DNA from: an uncultured Gammaproteobacteria bacterium
Lineage (GTDB): Bacteria > Patescibacteriota > Patescibacteriia > UBA9934
DNA length: 64,000 nucleotides
Assembly: GCA_964344415.1 (NCBI GenBank)
Contig: CAYFMS010000002.1
Coordinates: 256,593 to 320,592, forward strand
Direction: 5' to 3'
The position numbers and the translations under genes are program-made. Below, in pieces: positions 58,863 to 64,000 of this stretch. Position 1 is the first letter of the stretch, and every line of letters begins with the position of its first letter. The notes beneath the pieces were generated by a model. That model ran no database searches. It saw only the letters and a program-made list of their open reading frames with translations, and was not told the origin of the DNA.

Positions 58863-60836
58863 TTATTTCTTCTTTACTCCATAGAGCCAGTTCTTTTTGA
58901 ATGGCTTCAATGAACTTGTGAATTGCAAGAGTACACGCGTACCAAGAATTGCTGTTAGCATCGAAACGATAATACCAATCGACAATGTAAGTGCGAATCC
59001 CTTAATGAAACTCGTACTCATTGTGAATAGGACAACGGCGGCAATAAGTGTCGTGAAGTTTCCGTCACGAATCGATGTCCAAGCGCGGCGGAACCCTTCA
59101 TCAATCGCCGTACGCAAGTCTCGTCCACTTCTCAACTCCTCTTTCAGCCGCTCGAAAATAAGCACATTTGCATCAACCGCCATACCAATCGACAGCACAA
59201 ATCCGGCAATTCCAGCGAGAGAAATAGTCACACCAAGTAATTTATAGAGAGCTAAGTTAACTCCCGTGTAGAGCATAAGCGCTAGAACAGCGAGGAATCC
59301 CGCAAGGCGATAATATGCTGTCATGAAGAGTGCAACCAGAATGAGTCCAATAATTGCCGCTTGAATACTGCGCTGCAATGACTCCTGACCGAGCGTTGGA
59401 CCGACGGTTTGTTCACTCAGAAGGTCAATCGGTACCGGAAGTGCTCCGGCATTTAAACGCTGCGCCAAAAGCCGAGCATCCTCGAGCGTAAATTGCCCCG
59501 TTATTGTTGCGCTTCCTCCGTAAATAGCCTGCTGAACAACTGGAGTGGAAATTGCCTGCCCATCAAGGAAAATTCCGATCACATTTCCAACATGACTTTC
59601 GGTAATTTCCTCAAACAATTGTCCGCCCTCTGAATCAAAATCGAGAATGACATATGGCGCGCCCGTTAACTGATCAAATCCAACCGAGGCATTACGAATT
59701 TGCTTTCCAGAAAGATCCGTATTCTCCCATGGATCTACCTGCAAAATATCAGATGACGTCGTCCACGGCATTTCAATATGCGCAATTTCGTATTCTGGAA
59801 TAATAATTGTGTCCTGACGATAAATAATGTGATACCCAAATTCCGTTTCAACGATACTTGAAATATCGCCATCATCGAGCGCCTTGTAAGCATCTTCGAA
59901 TGCTGAAACCATTTCACCTGACTTCACAATACCGAGTGACCCACCATTCGTAGCAGAAGGCCCATCAGAATTCTCTTCGGCTAAAGTGGCGAAATTTCTC
60001 GTCGTCGCATCTTGTTGAAGGTCGCGAGCGATAACCTCGGCCTCAACTTTATTTCTTGTTTCAGAACAACGACTCGCACCGTCATAACAGATGAGAATAT
60101 GTGAAAGTTCCACCTCTTCACGCTCACGTTCAGAAAGGAAATTCACAATATGCATTGCACTTGTTGATTCATATAGACCATCAATGACACCCGTTTTCAA
60201 TCTGTCATCCGTAATGCGCTCAGCCAAACCATCAAAAATCGAATGATTCTCGTCAATATATCCGATGTATCCATTATTTGAATTTGTTGATTCATCGATA
60301 GATAATTCGCCGACCAAGTCGTCAAAGCTCTCACCATCAAGCGCACGGTCAAGGGCATCAAGTGCATTCGATCGCTCAATTTCTTGTGCCTCGTCTATTT
60401 CAATCTGTTGTTCATCCGTCAATTCCGCCTCAACAATGTCAACAGGCACTTTGAACTCCAAGATTGGCGTTTCTCCAATCAAACTAATCGCTTCATTGAC
60501 ATCAAAAATCCCCGCCAATTCGATAATAACTCGATAATGTCCACCAGAAATATTTGTTTGTACAACCGGTTCAGATACACCATACGCATTCACGCGGCGT
60601 TCAATAACATCGCGAACACCTTCAAGTGCAGATACACGATCCCCTTGCGGAATCTCTGTCATGTCCGCTTCGTACACAAGGTGAACTCCGCCTTGTAAAT
60701 CAAGACCAAGCTTAAATGGCTCACCGCCATCTTTTGGACCAAGGCCTATAGCATTCAAACTCGTCGGGAATGCAATTCCTATCGATGTAAGGAAAATGAG
60801 CAAAAGTGCGACAACTCCAATAATTCGTCCTTTCAT
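58863..60836 (-). CDS. secD: Protein translocase subunit SecD with a parvulin-type PPIase domain inserted in the periplasmic region
   Basis: 657 aa. SecD N-terminal TM helix and periplasmic P1 region (GLDLQGGVHLVYEAD), then a C-terminal 6-TM bundle. In between, HILICYDGASRCSETRNKVEAEVIARDL...GGSLGIVKSGEMVSAFEDAYKAL...ETEFGYHIIYRQD matches the PpiC/parvulin rotamase signature (GG.LG ... FG.H.I). Confidence 0.85.
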   Translation of the reverse strand: MKGRIIGVVALLLIFLTSIGIAFPTSLNAIGLGPKDGGEPFKLGLDLQGGVHLVYEADMTEIPQGDRVSALEGVRDVIERRVNAYGVSEPVVQTNISGGHYRVIIELAGIFDVNEAISLIGETPILEFKVPVDIVEAELTDEQQIEIDEAQEIERSNALDALDRALDGESFDDLVGELSIDESTNSNNGYIGYIDENHSIFDGLAERITDDRLKTGVIDGLYESTSAMHIVNFLSEREREEVELSHILICYDGASRCSETRNKVEAEVIARDLQQDATTRNFATLAEENSDGPSATNGGSLGIVKSGEMVSAFEDAYKALDDGDISSIVETEFGYHIIYRQDTIIIPEYEIAHIEMPWTTSSDILQVDPWENTDLSGKQIRNASVGFDQLTGAPYVILDFDSEGGQLFEEITESHVGNVIGIFLDGQAISTPVVQQAIYGGSATITGQFTLEDARLLAQRLNAGALPVPIDLLSEQTVGPTLGQESLQRSIQAAIIGLILVALFMTAYYRLAGFLAVLALMLYTGVNLALYKLLGVTISLAGIAGFVLSIGMAVDANVLIFERLKEELRSGRDLRTAIDEGFRRAWTSIRDGNFTTLIAAVVLFTMSTSFIKGFALTLSIGIIVSMLTAILGTRVLLQFTSSLKPFKKNWLYGVKKK

Positions 60837-60960
60837 AATTTCATTTGGATTCTAAGTGGCATTATCTTAACATTCACAAGCATTTATTCAAGGGAGCTGT
60901 GAATCAACTTGCATACATGTCTAAATGACTCTAATGTGAATATGTTGATTTGGAGGGAAT

Positions 60961-61491
60961 ATGACATCAACACTCTTGCTGCTTTGGCTGACCATGACCG
61001 CATGGGCGCAAAGTACCATCGAGCTGGCGCAGGAAGAGTCTGTGCGGCTGAATCAGGAGATTAGGAAAAAATGCGAGGAGGCGGTAACGACTCGGGACAT
61101 GATACGAATCTATCAGGTGTATTTCCCACTGATGACCGGCGTCATCGACCGCATTAATGTCGAACAAAACACCATTCTTGAGGCGCGTATGCGTATTTAT
61201 GAACGCAAATTCTCGCTTCCTCATGACGAGGTACGTTACATTGCGCTCGCAAGTATTCGAGATGAAGCTTGGGCATTTCAACTCGAAGTCATGAATGAAC
61301 TCGACGAATATAAGGGCATTCTTCGACTCATCGAGCGAGGCACACTCAGCATGCATACGACCATCGGGCAGGGTGAGTGCATGGCGCGCCTCTCCTATAT
61401 CCCGCAAATCGTTGTCGAGTCGGCAGATCTCGACAAAAGGATCACAGAACTCACGAATCCCCAAAAATTAGAGGCCGATAAATGGCACTGA
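60961..61491 (+). CDS. Hypothetical secreted protein
   Basis: 176 aa. Signal peptide MTSTLLLLWLTMTAWAQS. Helical and charged, with no motifs. Moderately GC-rich. Confidence 0.45.
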   Translation: MTSTLLLLWLTMTAWAQSTIELAQEESVRLNQEIRKKCEEAVTTRDMIRIYQVYFPLMTGVIDRINVEQNTILEARMRIYERKFSLPHDEVRYIALASIRDEAWAFQLEVMNELDEYKGILRLIERGTLSMHTTIGQGECMARLSYIPQIVVESADLDKRITELTNPQKLEADKWH

Positions 61492-61508
61492 TGATGGGGA
61501 CTTTTTAT

Positions 61509-62657
61509 TTATCTCTTATCCCAAATATTTTGCTTAAAGATATAGCCAACTGTACCAATACCCACAAGAACGAACACAGCCTTTGCAAGCCATCCGATGA
61601 TAGGAATCATGCCGAGAATGAACATAATAATCGCACCAATGAGAGCCACTCTCCAATCAACATTGTGCACCTTCTTTTTCCCTTGCTGGAAAAGTCCCCA
61701 AAAGAGCGATCCCAGAATCACCGCACCAACAATGCGCCCGATAAACCAGATCAGTCCAAATAGCAGGCCGGCAGCCGTCGCAAGTCCCGAACCGATAATC
61801 GTTCCAAAAGCGACAAGAAGTACGATTGGAATCACAATAACCATGACAAGCCCATGGAAGAATTGACGACCAAATTTTTCTTTACCTATTTTTGTTGCAT
61901 CTTTGAAGAAATGACCGAAGAGAATGACCAGAACTACTGTCGTGATCGCAAGTGTCAGCAATTTAATAAGTGCAAAAACGGTGAAATATCCAGCAAATAA
62001 TCCCTTCATTGGCTTATGAACATTCCGTTCAAATTCAGTAGGATTGAATTCGATATTCGCAAGCTGGGCACTGGCGGCAATCACCGCTTCATTCTCCGCT
62101 TCATAATAAACATTTCCCATTACAATGGCATTCTCCCCAAACTCAACCTCGCCGGCATAAATCGTTAGATTTCCATTAATTACTCCATCAATGTGAACGA
62201 CTTCTCCAGCAATTTGGACATCACTATTTGATGTTCCAAAGAAGTCCACCTGTGCACCCGCAAGATATGACTTACCCTCGAGAATCGCCTGATTACCAAT
62301 TGTAACGACGGACCCCGCAAGCATTGTTTCGCCATTCACGGTTGATTCAAGACGCACAAGAGATCCAGCTGCACGAATATCATCCCCAATCGTATTTTCA
62401 ATCGTGACGCTACTTCCAGCAATGAATGCATCATTTGCAATATCACCCCGTATATCTACCAAAGAACCGACAGCAAATACATCTCCAAATGCCTCCGAAG
62501 CAATATCAACCATCGACGCTGCGATATATGCATTTTCCGTAAATGGATCACTTGGTGAGAAACGAAGCTTTTCAGCAGCATTGAATTCCGCTGCCGAAGC
62601 CAATTGCGGGAGCAGCAAAATACTGCAAATCCCTAAAAACGATAGTACTTTTTTCAT
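61509..62657 (-). CDS. Membrane protein with an N-terminal signal, left-handed beta-helix (bactofilin/DUF342-like) repeats and C-terminal TM helices
   Basis: 382 aa. Repeated AGS.V.I.G..... motifs (AGSSVTIENTIGDDIRAAGSLVRLESTVNGETMLAGSVVTIGNQAILEGKSYLAGAQVDF) and 4-5 hydrophobic helices at the C-terminus. Confidence 0.5.
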   Translation of the reverse strand: MKKVLSFLGICSILLLPQLASAAEFNAAEKLRFSPSDPFTENAYIAASMVDIASEAFGDVFAVGSLVDIRGDIANDAFIAGSSVTIENTIGDDIRAAGSLVRLESTVNGETMLAGSVVTIGNQAILEGKSYLAGAQVDFFGTSNSDVQIAGEVVHIDGVINGNLTIYAGEVEFGENAIVMGNVYYEAENEAVIAASAQLANIEFNPTEFERNVHKPMKGLFAGYFTVFALIKLLTLAITTVVLVILFGHFFKDATKIGKEKFGRQFFHGLVMVIVIPIVLLVAFGTIIGSGLATAAGLLFGLIWFIGRIVGAVILGSLFWGLFQQGKKKVHNVDWRVALIGAIIMFILGMIPIIGWLAKAVFVLVGIGTVGYIFKQNIWDKR

Positions 62658-62676
62658 ATACTTCGATTATAATGCA

Positions 62677-63030
62677 TTAATTCCCTCTCTTGAATGTTAC
62701 TTTGAATTGCGGGTACCAAGGTTGGTCAAATTCATCAATAATTTCAACCGTTTCATCTTTCACATACATATTGAGCGCAATATCCGCAAGCAATTCAGTG
62801 TCAGTCTGAACATCTAATTTGAGTTCATCGATTTGATCGACCTCGCTCTGAGAATTTGACTTCACTTCATTTTCGATTGATTTCAATTCCTCGCGAAGCC
62901 CTTTGATTTCATCCTTTAATTCACCATAACGCTGAAAATGCGACAATTCATCCGCAATCATTTTCCGCAATTCACGTAGCTGTTTTTTATTTTTGATTAA
63001 CCGCTTATAGACCTCTTCAAGTTTTGGCAT
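62677..63030 (-). CDS. Hypothetical coiled-coil protein
   Basis: Start set at MPKLEEVYKRL. Heptad-rich charged sequence. The track ORF starts 13 codons earlier. Confidence 0.4.
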   Translation of the reverse strand: MPKLEEVYKRLIKNKKQLRELRKMIADELSHFQRYGELKDEIKGLREELKSIENEVKSNSQSEVDQIDELKLDVQTDTELLADIALNMYVKDETVEIIDEFDQPWYPQFKVTFKRGN

Positions 63031-63075
63031 AGTTGATAATTTACGGGCGTGATTATAGCATAACAGCAATACACC

Positions 63076-63635
63076 CTATGAAATGGAAATACTCATCAAA
63101 TACAAATGAAGTACTGGCAGAGCTACGAAAACACCTGCCGCCCTTTATGCTCCCCACTCTAGAACTCACGCAGCAGTACCATAAAAATCAAAATCGATTT
63201 CAAGAATCGCAGCTCGTTCATGTATACCGAGTGCTGCTTTCAGCAATCTTAGAATTTCGTATTACAGACATGTCTGCGCTAAAGGCTTTATGTATGCATG
63301 ATCTTATTGAAGATACGAAAATCAGCGATCAAGAAATCCTATCCGTTTCAGATCGGGAGACATTGGATTTAATTCGATGGGTTTCGTCCGAATCAGAACG
63401 TATCGATACGGATACATTTTTGAATAAAATTCAAAAAAGTCCGAAAAAAGCTAAAATGATAAAATTAATTGACCGCTTAGATAATTGTCGTGCAATGCAT
63501 GCAATCAAACACAGCCATGGAGACTTTGTTCGGTCTTATGCACAGAAAACAATTGACTTTTTCCTCCCAATCGCAGAAAACATAGATACGCACCTTTACA
63601 CGAAACTGAAACACGAAGTTGAGGATAAGAGATGA
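63076..63635 (+). CDS. Stand-alone HD-domain (p)ppGpp hydrolase-like protein (small alarmone hydrolase family)
   Basis: Carries HDLIEDT (the SpoT/Rel hydrolase HD motif) and KLIDRLDNCRAMH (cf. KLADRLHNMR). About 186 aa from MKWKYSS. The track ORF starts at 63033. Confidence 0.55.
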
Positions 63636-64000
63636 AACAAGTCTTTTTTGACCGTTTTCGTCATGCGATCCTCTCTACGAGTCGCACGGCAAAATCTGGG
63701 ATCATCAGCGGCCAACAACGACCAAAGAAACCGAGCTCACATCTGAATCCGAGGGACCTGATTGCACAAGTAGATAGAAATATCGATGACAGTGCATCGT
63801 TCATTTGGAACAATCGACTGAGCGAACTTTCAGAATCTACACTCTTCCAATTTGAGTGTGATCTATTCCAGATTACCTCTCGGGGCATAGATACCAACAA
63901 ACTATATCGAACGGGAGAAACAGGAGCACATTACGGCATTACGTCTAGCTCTATCCCCACTCGAATGCGTGACCTGAGGAATTGGATTATCGCTGAACAC
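63633..64000 (+). CDS. Hypothetical protein, 3'-truncated by the window end
   Basis: Manual translation gives MKQVFFDRFRHAILSTSRTAKSG... with no stop before the window end. Its ATG overlaps the preceding TGA (ATGA coupling). Confidence 0.35.

Overview
This 64 kb window is an AT-rich bacterial segment, gene-dense, with about 90% of genes on the minus strand. By inference it comes from a small-genome, CPR/Patescibacteria-like organism using the standard genetic code (taa, tag and tga all appear as stops).

Recognisable housekeeping genes, all on the minus strand unless noted:
- a DsbA-like thioredoxin gene, 3'-truncated at the window edge, then lgt, gatA, gatC and ligA
- a type IV pilus sub-cluster (pilD, an overlapping pilin-like gene, pilM), then rnhA, recJ, lepA, mnmA, dnaX and cysS
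- an hrcA-grpE-dnaK-dnaJ heat-shock operon with a perfect CIRCE operator embedded in a sigma70-like promoter
- a CPA2 antiporter with an RCK domain, a mini K+ channel, a plus-strand DUF45/M48-like hydrolase, uppP, and secD-secF where SecD carries an inserted parvulin PPIase domain
- tRNA-Gln(UUG), tRNA-Glu(CUC), and a plus-strand HD-domain small alarmone hydrolase-like gene.

Accessory and unusual content:
1. A 15.7 kb gene encodes a 5238-aa, highly repetitive Thr/Gly/Ser/Asp-rich secreted protein. Just beyond its 5' end, on the same strand, sits a dockerin-containing protein gene overlapping a cohesin-like surface protein gene.
2. Two paralogous modules encode a FtsK/HerA/VirB4/VirD4-superfamily P-loop ATPase (type IV secretion / conjugative-transfer-like) together with a homologous membrane domain. 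In one module the two are fused into an 827-aa protein; in the other they are split into 527-aa and 687-aa genes.
3. Three GC-rich islands in the AT-rich background each encode a small Cys-containing secreted protein or lipoprotein. Two of these sit beside a peculiar arrangement: full tRNA, terminator, about 120 nt of GC-rich structured spacer, then a 19-21 nt copy of the tRNA 3' end.
4. At least two families of modular dispersed intergenic repeats that begin within 1-2 nt of gene stop codons.
5. A perfect 102 bp tandem duplication inside one lipoprotein gene.

No rRNA, CRISPR array, transposase or integrase was recognised. All calls rest on motif-level reading of the provided translations and the DNA. 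No database search was possible.
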